The notes under the pieces are model-generated. The model made no database searches, was not told the origin of the DNA, and saw nothing but the letters and a program-made list of their open reading frames with translations. A stretch of DNA of 64,000 bases from positions 1 to 64,000 of IMG/VR virus record IMGVR_UViG_3300047546_001881. One strand, given 5' to 3'. The DNA comes from a virus. Below, piece by piece: positions 16,865 through 26,074 of this stretch (positions are counted from its first letter, which is position 1; every line of letters begins with the position of its first letter). Made by a program: the position numbers and the translations under genes.

Positions 16865-19670
16865 TCTTCCTCATGCTATCCCTGCATCTGTAGCTAGAAG
16901 TGTCATTGATGCCGCTTACGACAGACTATCTCTAAGACAAAGATGGAATTATAACGCAGTTCATACTTACAAAACTGTAGATCTTCTTTATATTTATGCA
17001 ACATATGCTCTAAGAGCACATAGATATTACTTTGATCCTGAAGTCACTCAACTTCCTTCTTATGCTCATCTTTGTGAATTTGTTCAAGATTTTGAACAAG
17101 CAACAGAGAGAGGAGAAGATGTTGAGTCAAAGCTTTACTTGACTGTTGCAGAGGCAATTAAATCTCTTCTAGAAGCTTCAGTTTCTGGCACCGAAGAGTT
17201 CAAGCAAAACGAAGTTACAAAATTTATATTGCAACTTTACAGTGGTCTCAGGTCTAACAACTTCGCTTTAAATTCTTCTTATCTTTCGTACCATCAAAGA
17301 GCTTCTCATTTCTCAAATGCACGCTATGAGTTTGACAAGAGATATGCTCACTACGTTCAAGACAACTGCAATTATTATTTGCTGCCTCGGCCTGATAGTA
17401 TTGATGAATATATTATAGCTCCAAAGAAGAACTTTTATTCTGTTGATTTGGGAGAAAACAGAACTGCTCTTTCTCACTTCTCTTCTGAAGTAATTAAGAA
17501 CTTTTCTACAATTATTGATTTCTCTCAAATTAAAATTAATCTGACTCCTTCAAATGGATTAAGTCAATATCCAATTCCTACAGGTAATGACTTCGTTCAT
17601 ATATCTTTTGGTACTTCACCATCTATTTCAACATTGCCTTATTCTGCAGGATCAATTGTAGGCGAGAACTTTCTTTCAGAAAACTGCTTTAATTCTTTTG
17701 CCAACAAAAATGATCTTGTTAATGTATATACGTTAGAGAGTCCCTTTAGAGGGACTCCTTCTCTAAACAAAACTACAGTTAAAAAGAAGCTTCTAAATTC
17801 TGTAATTTATATTATGCCAATTGTTACTAACATTGGTATTTTTAACTTTGTTACTGGACAAGAAGAGTCTGTACCTTTCATTAGAATAAAGATCAAAGCA
17901 GATGAAAAGAAGATAATTAAATATAAATCTTCTTTAAACTGGATGATTGATTTTATCTGTAAGATTACGAATCAAAAAGGTATGGAGTTCTATGCTCCCG
18001 AAGAATATGAGAAACTTCTAAAGAATAGATTTGGAACTGCTGGTAAGTATTATAAAACTCTTGTTGATTTCCTATCTAGTTTAAAGATTGGTTTAGCCGA
18101 ATACAAAGATAATAGCTTCAATACTATAATAGATGCATTGGCATCTGACTCATTCAAATATCATGAGATAGCTTCTTCTGCTGTTGATATTCCAAATTTG
18201 TCAGAAGCCATCAAGAATGAAAAGATGCTCGAGAGACTAACTGGTCAGTTGAATGAATTGAGCAATTCTTTCCTTTCAAAAAATAATGAAATAGATAAGC
18301 TCAATGCTTCTCTTTCATCTTTTGAAGATGAGATTGCTTATCATCTTCGAAGATTAGAAAATCTTAAGAATGACAAAGAAACTCTTATTTTGAAATCTCC
18401 AATACTCAAAAAAGAGCTTTCTGATATTGAAAAGAGTAGAAACGCTTTATCTGAAGTTATAGAACCCTTAAATGCAAAAGTTAAAGAGTTCAATACGCAG
18501 AAGCATGAAATGCTTCTTGCGTCTATAGATAGCGCCGATACGAAGTTCTTAGATAATCTATCTTCTAGTAACATGAAACTAAATAATGTTTACTATACGA
18601 TTCCAGCAATTCCATATTTCAAAGGAATGACTAGAGACTTCACAAAGTATTTTAAGCTTCCAATTGAAAAGCTACCTTCTGGTCTTATAGGTTGTAGCGG
18701 GTATAGAGAAGACTATATGATCTCTATACAAAGCTTACCTAAGATTGCGTATTGCGCTCAAAACAAGTTGCCTCTATCTATGGAAGATGTTCTGACTGAA
18801 GAAGGTATAGTAAAACTCAATCTCTTCCGTCCAGAAGAAATAAGTTTTGCTTTAACTCCTAGTTTGATAGCAGTAGACTTTTCTACTCTTAAGCCTTCTA
18901 TTATCAAGATTGACGGGACGCAAAAGTCCGTTGTTGGTGGACCTTATAACGTAATCTTATTTGCTGTTATTAACTTTGACTGGCACAGGCGTGTAACAAG
19001 TTCTACTAACTATATGTACATATCAGCTAAAGAAAGTAGTAGCGTTGTTGGAATAGATAAAGACTACAATGATACTACTTACCTAAAGATTAAAATTCAT
19101 CCTCATACTGGTGGCATTTATGCACCTAAGAGTGAAAACTTCTTTAGTTGTCTTAAAGGCAAATATGACTATTGTTGTCTAGGTGAAGGACTTCCTGGCA
19201 TCTACAAAGGCTTTGAATTAGCAAACGTAAGAATGGCTTTGTTCTCTGCTAAAGCTTGGATTGAATCAACTAATAGCGGAGATACTTGGGGTAGAACATA
19301 TACTATGTTCCCCGCTCTAAGTGAAGTTAATCTTAATGGAATCGAAGTAGAGGAAACGGAAGCTCCAGTAGAAACTAATGAAGTTTCTACTGAAGAAGAA
19401 ATTACTGATACTGAAATGCTAATGATCCTTCAAGGTGTAATTGATAATATCAATACTACACTTTCAACAACTCCAGTAGAACAGCCAGTTGTATTTATAG
19501 ATTTAACACAACCTGAATTGCAACAAACTGTAGAAAACATAGTTGAAGCAATTAACGAATCTCTTAGTCTGCCACCTATACCTCCAATAGTAGTAGCAGA
19601 ACCAACTCCTGTTGTTAGTAATACCGGTTATTCTACTTATTCCAGTGTAGTTAATTCTCTCATCGCATAA
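16845..19670 (+). CDS. large coiled-coil protein with C-terminal prokaryotic E2 (UBC)-like domain
   Basis: central heptad region; GPY.V ... IHPH ... CCLGEG ... WIESTNSGDTWG pattern; adjacent to JAB, ThiF and Ubl genes. Confidence 0.65.
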   Translation: MEINLNSLPHAIPASVARSVIDAAYDRLSLRQRWNYNAVHTYKTVDLLYIYATYALRAHRYYFDPEVTQLPSYAHLCEFVQDFEQATERGEDVESKLYLTVAEAIKSLLEASVSGTEEFKQNEVTKFILQLYSGLRSNNFALNSSYLSYHQRASHFSNARYEFDKRYAHYVQDNCNYYLLPRPDSIDEYIIAPKKNFYSVDLGENRTALSHFSSEVIKNFSTIIDFSQIKINLTPSNGLSQYPIPTGNDFVHISFGTSPSISTLPYSAGSIVGENFLSENCFNSFANKNDLVNVYTLESPFRGTPSLNKTTVKKKLLNSVIYIMPIVTNIGIFNFVTGQEESVPFIRIKIKADEKKIIKYKSSLNWMIDFICKITNQKGMEFYAPEEYEKLLKNRFGTAGKYYKTLVDFLSSLKIGLAEYKDNSFNTIIDALASDSFKYHEIASSAVDIPNLSEAIKNEKMLERLTGQLNELSNSFLSKNNEIDKLNASLSSFEDEIAYHLRRLENLKNDKETLILKSPILKKELSDIEKSRNALSEVIEPLNAKVKEFNTQKHEMLLASIDSADTKFLDNLSSSNMKLNNVYYTIPAIPYFKGMTRDFTKYFKLPIEKLPSGLIGCSGYREDYMISIQSLPKIAYCAQNKLPLSMEDVLTEEGIVKLNLFRPEEISFALTPSLIAVDFSTLKPSIIKIDGTQKSVVGGPYNVILFAVINFDWHRRVTSSTNYMYISAKESSSVVGIDKDYNDTTYLKIKIHPHTGGIYAPKSENFFSCLKGKYDYCCLGEGLPGIYKGFELANVRMALFSAKAWIESTNSGDTWGRTYTMFPALSEVNLNGIEVEETEAPVETNEVSTEEEITDTEMLMILQGVIDNINTTLSTTPVEQPVVFIDLTQPELQQTVENIVEAINESLSLPPIPPIVVAEPTPVVSNTGYSTYSSVVNSLIA

Positions 19671-19760
19671 TAATAAATGCTTGGAGGAGTAAAATCCTCC
19701 AAGCATTTGTCTCTAGCCTTAGTATTTGTATCTTCAAACATTTTACACTATAGGCTAAAA

Positions 19761-20972
19761 ATGAATCCCCTAGGTAGTTTTAAAATTCTAAACAACAATA
19801 TTAAGATTCAGATATCTCATAAAGATCTATTTGCAATTCAACATCTAGTTAGTATAGCTCCTCAAGAAGCTCAATGGTTCCATAGACTAGAGACAATTAA
19901 GACTAAAAGCGAAACTATTTTTCGCATTTACGATATCTACATTCCAGAACAGTATTGCTCAGTCACAGAAGTTGAGTCTACTAGTTCTATGATGATTAAC
20001 TTTTACAGAGAACTGATTTCAAATAACTCTGTAGAAGCTACAAATGCGATTCTATCTTCACTGAATGTATGGTGTCATAGTCACCATACCATGTCTCCAA
20101 GTCCAAGCGGGCAGGACAACAATCAGTTTCTACAGCTAATTAAGTATGCAGTAGACTCTAACAATGTTGTTCCTCAAATTATGCTAATCTTTAATAAGAG
20201 CAATCAGTATTACTCACGAATCTTTGATCCTCAAAATGGACTAGTATACGAAAATGTTCCTATATGTGTAGAGACTGAAGATCTGAGTTGGATTGATAAA
20301 GCTGCTGCTGCAAAGTTTAAGAAGCCAGCTCCAAAGAATATCTTTTCTCAAGATACTACTTCAGGAAAATTGAATTTCCCGCAAAATGCTTCTATTGAAA
20401 GAACATTCATTGGAATTGAAAAGCAAGTTCCTGATCTGTCTTTTAAAGAGACTTCTAGGTCTTCTAAAAAAAAAGATCACAGCAAGCAAATTACAAGCCC
20501 TTCAGCGTTAACGTCTAAAGCAATTAATAAGCTATTTCTAGACTATTGGAAAGTCCATTCTTCAGATGAAGAAAACATCGCTATTCTAATGAAGAAAATC
20601 TTCTCTACAAATTCTTCTTGCCAGAAAGAAGCTGGTGAACTTGAAGATATTATTATTAAGAGAGTTGGCAGTGATAATAAATATTGCGCTCTTCTTAACT
20701 TGATTCAAGTTCAAGATGACGATGAAGATTTGAGAGAATGGGAGAAGTTTCAGTTTGATTACGATCAAGCCGAAGTTCTTATGAATTCAGAAAGATTCTA
20801 TGAAATTCTTACCGCTGGTTGTATCGACGACATCCTCCTTACTCATACAATCTTTCTAGTCAATTGCTTGTATGGCTCTATGTATACAACAGAAGAAGAA
20901 AGAGAAAAGCTAATTGATTGGTGGCTCACAGAAACTGGAACTTGTAACTATAAGTTCGGTGAGCATTTCTAA
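19761..20972 (+). CDS. JAB/MPN+ metalloisopeptidase (deubiquitinase-like)
   Basis: PQEAQW (catalytic E), PEQ, WCHSHHTMSPSPSGQD (HxH..S..D). Confidence 0.85.
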   Translation: MNPLGSFKILNNNIKIQISHKDLFAIQHLVSIAPQEAQWFHRLETIKTKSETIFRIYDIYIPEQYCSVTEVESTSSMMINFYRELISNNSVEATNAILSSLNVWCHSHHTMSPSPSGQDNNQFLQLIKYAVDSNNVVPQIMLIFNKSNQYYSRIFDPQNGLVYENVPICVETEDLSWIDKAAAAKFKKPAPKNIFSQDTTSGKLNFPQNASIERTFIGIEKQVPDLSFKETSRSSKKKDHSKQITSPSALTSKAINKLFLDYWKVHSSDEENIAILMKKIFSTNSSCQKEAGELEDIIIKRVGSDNKYCALLNLIQVQDDDEDLREWEKFQFDYDQAEVLMNSERFYEILTAGCIDDILLTHTIFLVNCLYGSMYTTEEEREKLIDWWLTETGTCNYKFGEHF

Positions 20973-20983
20973 TCTTTAACCAT

Positions 20984-21013
20984 AGCGCCTTTCGGCGCTT
21001 TGGTTGTTTGGTT
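20984..21013. promoter_or_regulatory. recurrent hairpin motif, copy 4
   Basis: AGCGCC TTTC GGCGCT TTGGTTGTTTGG upstream of the ThiF gene. Confidence 0.6.
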
Positions 21014-21040
21014 CTTTGTTAGTAAACAATAGAGGTCAAC

Positions 21041-21730
21041 ATGACTGAAGTATCTTTCTTGAGGCATGCAGGATTCTTCAGTCCTGAAGATGCTGAAACT
21101 CTAAATATTATTGGTGTTGGTGCCACAGGCTCAAACATCGGTTTGATTGCTGCAAAAATGGGGTTCCACTCATTCAAAGTCTGGGATGCAGACATAGTTG
21201 AGAACCATAATTTGCCAAATCAAATTTACGATGTTGAGCATGTTGGGATGCGAAAAGTTGATGCATTTAAAGCAGTGCTTCAACGATTCAATCCCAATAT
21301 TAAAGTAGAAACTCACCCATACTTCTTTGAAGCATCTCATAAATCTCTACTAGATGATGGTCCTCTTGTATTGACTGTAGATACAATGAGTGCTCGTAAA
21401 GACATTCATTCTGCATTCCATATGAATTATCTAGTAAACAAAGTTTATGAGACCCGACTTGGCTTTGATTATGGCGAGCTAAACATCATTGATAATATGA
21501 ATATCGTCCAATCAAGCAAGTGGGTAGACTGCTTAAGAAGTGACAGTGAGCTTCCAGAAGGCCCCTGTAATCTTCGAATTTGTACTACGCTAGTAGGTCT
21601 TGTAGCTTCTTATACCGTTCATACAATCTGCGCTTTTCTTTCTACAAAGCGCTCCCAAGTTGATTGTTCAGGCATAAAACCAAAAACAATTTTCAACTTT
21701 GGTCCTCAAATTTACACTCATTCACTATAG
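21041..21730 (+). CDS. ThiF/E1-like adenylating enzyme
   Basis: IIGVGATGS, DADIVENHNLPNQ, KVDA, TVDTMSAR; candidate catalytic Cys in EGPCN. Confidence 0.9.
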   Translation: MTEVSFLRHAGFFSPEDAETLNIIGVGATGSNIGLIAAKMGFHSFKVWDADIVENHNLPNQIYDVEHVGMRKVDAFKAVLQRFNPNIKVETHPYFFEASHKSLLDDGPLVLTVDTMSARKDIHSAFHMNYLVNKVYETRLGFDYGELNIIDNMNIVQSSKWVDCLRSDSELPEGPCNLRICTTLVGLVASYTVHTICAFLSTKRSQVDCSGIKPKTIFNFGPQIYTHSL

Positions 21731-21740
21731 GAAAACTATC

Positions 21741-21956
21741 ATGCGTGATATCGTACTCGTTCGCGTTCCAGGTCCAGGCGCTTCAACCGTTCAGGTTACC
21801 GACACTATGACTGTTGCTGAGTTCGCAGCTCGCGAAGCTCTTAACGGTCGTAACATTGTTCTCGACGGTACTGGTCTTGAGCCACAGGCTTGGTCCAGCA
21901 CCACTCTTGCTGGTGTTCGCGAACTATTCGCAACTGGCAGCGTTAAGGGTAACTGA
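21741..21956 (+). CDS. ubiquitin-like (beta-grasp) protein
   Basis: 71 aa; TMTVAE, IVLDG, LAG..ELF pattern; C-terminal VKGN; directly downstream of ThiF. Confidence 0.75.
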   Translation: MRDIVLVRVPGPGASTVQVTDTMTVAEFAAREALNGRNIVLDGTGLEPQAWSSTTLAGVRELFATGSVKGN

Positions 21957-21983
21957 ACCCTTTAGCTCTTTTACATTGCTAAC

Positions 21984-22024
21984 AATGCTCGTCCTACTTA
22001 CCAAAGTAGGGCGAGCATTTTTTT
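21984..22024 (+). terminator. intrinsic terminator closing the Ubl cluster
   Basis: AATGCTCGTCCTACTT / AAGTAGGGCGAGCATT plus T-run. Confidence 0.7.
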
Positions 22025-22045
22025 CCTTTCAACAAAAGTTTATAC

Positions 22046-22432
22046 ATGGTTGTACAAGTTATTGGTCTTCCATGTTCTGGAAAAACAACTGCAATAAAAA
22101 CGTTTCTTGAAATGAATCCTAGTATCAAACATATAGATATTAGAGATTACAAGAACGAAAACGAATTTAAAAAAGCTGTTACCAGTTTCGTGGATAAAAA
22201 AGTTGAAATTGTAGCCGAGAGTGCTTCTGGCTTCTATATAGAGAAAACAAAAGTTATCAAATTAGAAATCCCTAAGATGGAACTCTATAGTAGATCCTTA
22301 GTTAGAGATAAAACATTTGATGCAGACTACCTTTCTTTATTAGAAACTGTTATGCTTAGAACAAAATATACAGTGAGTACTAAAGATGGGCTCATAGCTC
22401 TATTATCTAAAATGTTTGAGGCAAAACAATGA
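22046..22432 (+). CDS. small P-loop kinase
   Basis: GLPCSGKTT Walker A. Confidence 0.65.
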   Translation: MVVQVIGLPCSGKTTAIKTFLEMNPSIKHIDIRDYKNENEFKKAVTSFVDKKVEIVAESASGFYIEKTKVIKLEIPKMELYSRSLVRDKTFDADYLSLLETVMLRTKYTVSTKDGLIALLSKMFEAKQ

Positions 22433-23307
22433 GAACTTTAAGAATCTTTGATTTAACTGAAGATGATATAGTCGCAAGTGCTTCTGAACACCCAACGTAC
22501 TTTCCATCAGTACCAGACGATTTAGCAATAAATTCGTTTCTTATAGTAAGTGATTCAGATAAATCAAAAAAGATTTTGTGTAAAGTTGTCAGGCCAAAAA
22601 CTATTATAAAGATAGTAACATCTCCAAATACTAACTACTTTGGTATTGCATCCAAAGATGCAAACCAAGCAGCGTTTCTAAACTGTCTTGCAGATCCAAA
22701 AGTAAAAGTATCCGTATGTATAGGTGAAGCAGGAACAGGTAAAACTACTCTTGCTTTAGCTTATGCATTGCAGATGCTTTCAGAAAAGAAGATGAATGTA
22801 TGCTTGTCTAAGCCTACTACTTTAGTAGGAAGCAATAATACATTTGGTCCTATACCCGGAGATGTTAACGAAAAGTATGCTCCACATACTCAGTCTTATG
22901 AAATTATTCTTAAGAAGTTAACTGGTGCAAGAAAGTCTTATTTAGAAATGTTAAAAAGCAATGAGTTAATAAAGTTCGAACCCATTGAATATGTTCGCGG
23001 CAACACTTATGAGAATACAGTATTCATCTTAGATGAAGCTCAAAACTTATCTTGGCACGAACTTAAAACTGTCGTATCTAGAATAGCAGAAGACAGTAAG
23101 ATGATTGTTCTTGGAGATCCAGCTCAGATAGATACTGGAGAAACTTTTACTTCTACAGGTTTATTTAAGATGTTAAACTCCAAAGCATTTGGTAACTCTG
23201 AAATAACTTCTGCTATTGAACTTAATCGTCAATACAGAGGACCCTTACCTACTCTTATTTCAGAGATAGATAAAGAGATAGTAAAATGCACAAACAAGAA
23301 GCAGTAG
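22429..23307 (+). CDS. phoH: PhoH-family ATPase
   Basis: GEAGTGKT, PGDVNEK, YVRGNT, LDEAQN, GDPAQID. Confidence 0.9.
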   Translation: MRTLRIFDLTEDDIVASASEHPTYFPSVPDDLAINSFLIVSDSDKSKKILCKVVRPKTIIKIVTSPNTNYFGIASKDANQAAFLNCLADPKVKVSVCIGEAGTGKTTLALAYALQMLSEKKMNVCLSKPTTLVGSNNTFGPIPGDVNEKYAPHTQSYEIILKKLTGARKSYLEMLKSNELIKFEPIEYVRGNTYENTVFILDEAQNLSWHELKTVVSRIAEDSKMIVLGDPAQIDTGETFTSTGLFKMLNSKAFGNSEITSAIELNRQYRGPLPTLISEIDKEIVKCTNKKQ

Positions 23308-23534
23308 ATGAAGTATTAAAACTACTTTCATCTTTTAGTATTAAAGATAAAGTAGAAGTCTTAGCAAATGTATTTATAGTTCTAGGTGTTCCTGGTATTA
23401 AGACAACTGATGAAATAACTAGATCTAACATTATAGATATAGTTTTGCGCGATATAGAGAAAAATGGACAGACTCTTACTAATGCATTAGTGAGACAAGG
23501 TCTATTGATACTTACTTGGTTAAAAGAGGATTAA
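23286..23534 (+). CDS. hypothetical protein
   Basis: 82-aa ORF. Confidence 0.45.
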   Translation: MHKQEAVDEVLKLLSSFSIKDKVEVLANVFIVLGVPGIKTTDEITRSNIIDIVLRDIEKNGQTLTNALVRQGLLILTWLKED

Positions 23535-23537
23535 AAT

Positions 23538-24014
23538 ATGAGAAAGTTTCCTGGTACTTACCCTGTTTATAAAAAGAATGGTGCAGCTCAATTCACAGTA
23601 ATTCCTCCTAAAGTAGATGCTGGTGGTCGAATTACTAAGAACGGAGCCATTCTTCTAGAAGTTGCCTCTGCTGTTGGAGATAAAGCTTACGACTGGAAAG
23701 CAAAGATTAGCTTTGCTATTGGTGTAAATGATATTGCGCTTTGGTTCAATGATCCAAATGCTCAAGTTAAACTAATTCACAAGACTCCTGAGTCTTCACT
23801 AATGAAGACTTTAGAAGTCATTCCTGGAGAAGGTCAGTACTCTGGTACTTATCAGTTAAAGCTTACTGAAAAAGATTCTTCCAACAATGCATTCCGTAGT
23901 ATCTTTGTCCCCGTTACCAACGGAGAATATACAATACTACTGCGCTTGTTCATGCATGCAATGCCATTGCTAATCGGCTGGGATAATGAATCCCAGCTTG
24001 ATCACAGTGCATAA
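23538..24014 (+). CDS. Whirly/PC4-like nucleic-acid-binding protein (putative)
   Basis: YKK.GA ... GAILLEVA ... YDWKAKISFAI..D ... LIH ... VPVT.GE pattern resembling Whirly. Confidence 0.55.
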   Translation: MRKFPGTYPVYKKNGAAQFTVIPPKVDAGGRITKNGAILLEVASAVGDKAYDWKAKISFAIGVNDIALWFNDPNAQVKLIHKTPESSLMKTLEVIPGEGQYSGTYQLKLTEKDSSNNAFRSIFVPVTNGEYTILLRLFMHAMPLLIGWDNESQLDHSA

Positions 24015-24313
24015 TGGAAACAGGAGACAAGTTCTCTTGGCAAGTTAAGACTAACCAAGAAGAACTGCACTTAAGCTCGAGCACACTGTTAGATCTACTA
24101 TTCTCTAAAGTAAATAAAGTAGAAAGAGAAGACTTTGCAGTCTTGATAGAAGAGTTTTGTAACTTTCTAAACGCTTCTAAAAGACTTACGTCAATGAATA
24201 TTATGCAAGTAGCTACACTAGCATTTAGTGTGGGTTACTTCTATAGATTGTTTCTAGAAAAGAATAAAGTCGAATTTGGAAATAGCAAAGTACTAAATAA
24301 GGAAGAAAAATGA
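24014..24313 (+). CDS. hypothetical protein
   Basis: 99-aa ORF, translationally coupled. Confidence 0.5.
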   Translation: METGDKFSWQVKTNQEELHLSSSTLLDLLFSKVNKVEREDFAVLIEEFCNFLNASKRLTSMNIMQVATLAFSVGYFYRLFLEKNKVEFGNSKVLNKEEK

Positions 24314-24469
24314 ATTTTCTAGTAAGTTTATTCGCTAGTAGATTTGTCAAAATGATTGCTCAAGAAATCGTAAAAGCTATGGTCGTGGTAGCTGCTAGAG
24401 TTACTTTTCTAGCACTTAATGATCATAGATACAATCAGAAAAAAATAGAGAACAAATATAGGATTAAAG

Positions 24470-24874
24470 ATGTTCAACTACTCGGTCAAAATTAAGGAAA
24501 TTCCTAACCCTAAAGGCAAAATTGTTGCTTTTGCATCTCTCGTAATTGAAGATGTATTTGAAGTTGATGGTTTCAAGATTATCAACGGTGCTAAAGGTTA
24601 CTTTGTCTCTCATCCCCAGCATAAGGGTAAAGACAAAGATGGAAATGATACTTACTTTGATGATGTTCGCTTTAGCGGCGATACTGCAGATGCTATAAAA
24701 GAAGAAATTCATCGCGCAATTATCCAGCAGTACAACCGCTCTGGAGGCAACCAGATGCAAAGCAGAGCTCAGACAGCTCAGAGTGCGAACAAGGCAATTC
24801 AGCCTACTCAGAACTCAAGACAACAGCCCACACAGGCTCCATCAGCCCAGCAGGGTAGACAGCCTCTCTGGTAA
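24470..24874 (+). CDS. spoVG: SpoVG-family protein with Gln-rich tail
   Basis: VAFASLVIEDVFEVDGFKIINGAKGYFVSHP ... YFD. Confidence 0.8.
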   Translation: MFNYSVKIKEIPNPKGKIVAFASLVIEDVFEVDGFKIINGAKGYFVSHPQHKGKDKDGNDTYFDDVRFSGDTADAIKEEIHRAIIQQYNRSGGNQMQSRAQTAQSANKAIQPTQNSRQQPTQAPSAQQGRQPLW

Positions 24875-24888
24875 TTTAACTTACCACT

Positions 24889-24920
24889 GGTCCCCTCCTT
24901 GTAATGAGGAGGGGACCTTT
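24889..24920 (+). terminator. intrinsic terminator
   Basis: GGTCCCCTCCTT / GAGGAGGGGACC. Confidence 0.6.
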
Positions 24921-24942
24921 GCGTCTTACAATAGGTTACTTA

Positions 24943-25512
24943 ATGGAAACTGATAACCAGACTGAAGAAGAAGTAAATAATATTACCGATGTAATAACTT
25001 CGGATGATATCAGTAAAGCTATTGTAGAAGGTGCAGAAATCTACTCTCAGATTACTGAAACTTTTATTAAAGAGTTTGTATTTTATGACAAGACTCTTTA
25101 TGAATGGGCAACAGATCTAATGGTAGAGATACCTAACAAAAACAATCTAGATGGTAATTCATTTAGAGGATGCTTAATAGAGCTTGCAAATAATATTCAG
25201 ATTGCAAGTAATTATTATAGCGTTGCTTCTTCAATGGCAGATGGTATTGCTGGCGGCAACTCCATCAAAAAATCAGATGTAATGTCTGCAATAGTTAACA
25301 ATTATTCTAAGAGAGGGGCAAGGAGACCCGCTGGAGCAGTCATTGAAAAAATGGCTGAGTCTTATATGTCTTCTACTGTTTCAGCAAGTGTTGCTGCTAA
25401 AATTGTAAAGAACTTTTGGCGGCAAAGACTTGATACTTTGATTGATATTAGAAAAGTACTAGAACAAGTAGGCATGTCTCTTAATGTAGAAACGAAATGG
25501 ACAAACCAGTAG
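24943..25512 (+). CDS. hypothetical helical protein
   Basis: long ORF; start chosen downstream of the terminator. Confidence 0.55.
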   Translation: METDNQTEEEVNNITDVITSDDISKAIVEGAEIYSQITETFIKEFVFYDKTLYEWATDLMVEIPNKNNLDGNSFRGCLIELANNIQIASNYYSVASSMADGIAGGNSIKKSDVMSAIVNNYSKRGARRPAGAVIEKMAESYMSSTVSASVAAKIVKNFWRQRLDTLIDIRKVLEQVGMSLNVETKWTNQ

Positions 25513-25769
25513 AGGTCAAAATGTCTAAAATTAGAAAAGATTGTATATATCAAATCTCTACTTTGCATATACCAAAGTCATTTTGGGACTTTGGTAAGTA
25601 TATCTTTATGAAGTACTTGACCGGTTACTACGTTTATGTAGATGCCCCATCTTCTAAAGATCCAGAATGGCTTAAGCCAATTATGGAAGATGCTTACAAT
25701 GCTAACTGCACCTTCATTGATTTTAGTGAAGATGCTCCTCTTCTTAATAAATACGAGGTATATGAATAA
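25497..25769 (+). CDS. hypothetical protein
   Basis: STLHI ... motif, coupled ORF. Confidence 0.5.
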   Translation: MDKPVEVKMSKIRKDCIYQISTLHIPKSFWDFGKYIFMKYLTGYYVYVDAPSSKDPEWLKPIMEDAYNANCTFIDFSEDAPLLNKYEVYE

Positions 25770-26074
25770 TGCTTAACCAAGCATCTGTCGCAGTTAGAGT
25801 TTTGGAAGATGGTGAAACCTGGACAACTGGCGACGTAAAAGTTGCCTTCTTAACTCAAGAGCAGTTTAAGTTTCTCTGTGAAGATTCTTCTATTTCAGAT
25901 GTGGTTAGTTCATTTAATGTTCCAATGACTAATTTAGAACTTGCTTTTGCTAACTTAATTGCAGAGATTCTTTCTAATCCAGAAAACAGTTCTCTTGCTA
26001 GATCTTTATCTATTTCAGAAGAAGAAATAGACGATCTATACGACAAAGCAATGTTTCTAGTTCGGAAATATTAA
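25769..26074 (+). CDS. hypothetical protein
   Basis: 101-aa coupled ORF. Confidence 0.5.
   Translation: MLNQASVAVRVLEDGETWTTGDVKVAFLTQEQFKFLCEDSSISDVVSSFNVPMTNLELAFANLIAEILSNPENSSLARSLSISEEEIDDLYDKAMFLVRKY

Noticed and set aside
21041-21956. ThiF-ThiS thiamine or molybdopterin sulfur relay
   Set aside because: No thiG, moaE or desulfurase nearby, whereas JAB and E2-like genes are adjacent; not formally excluded.
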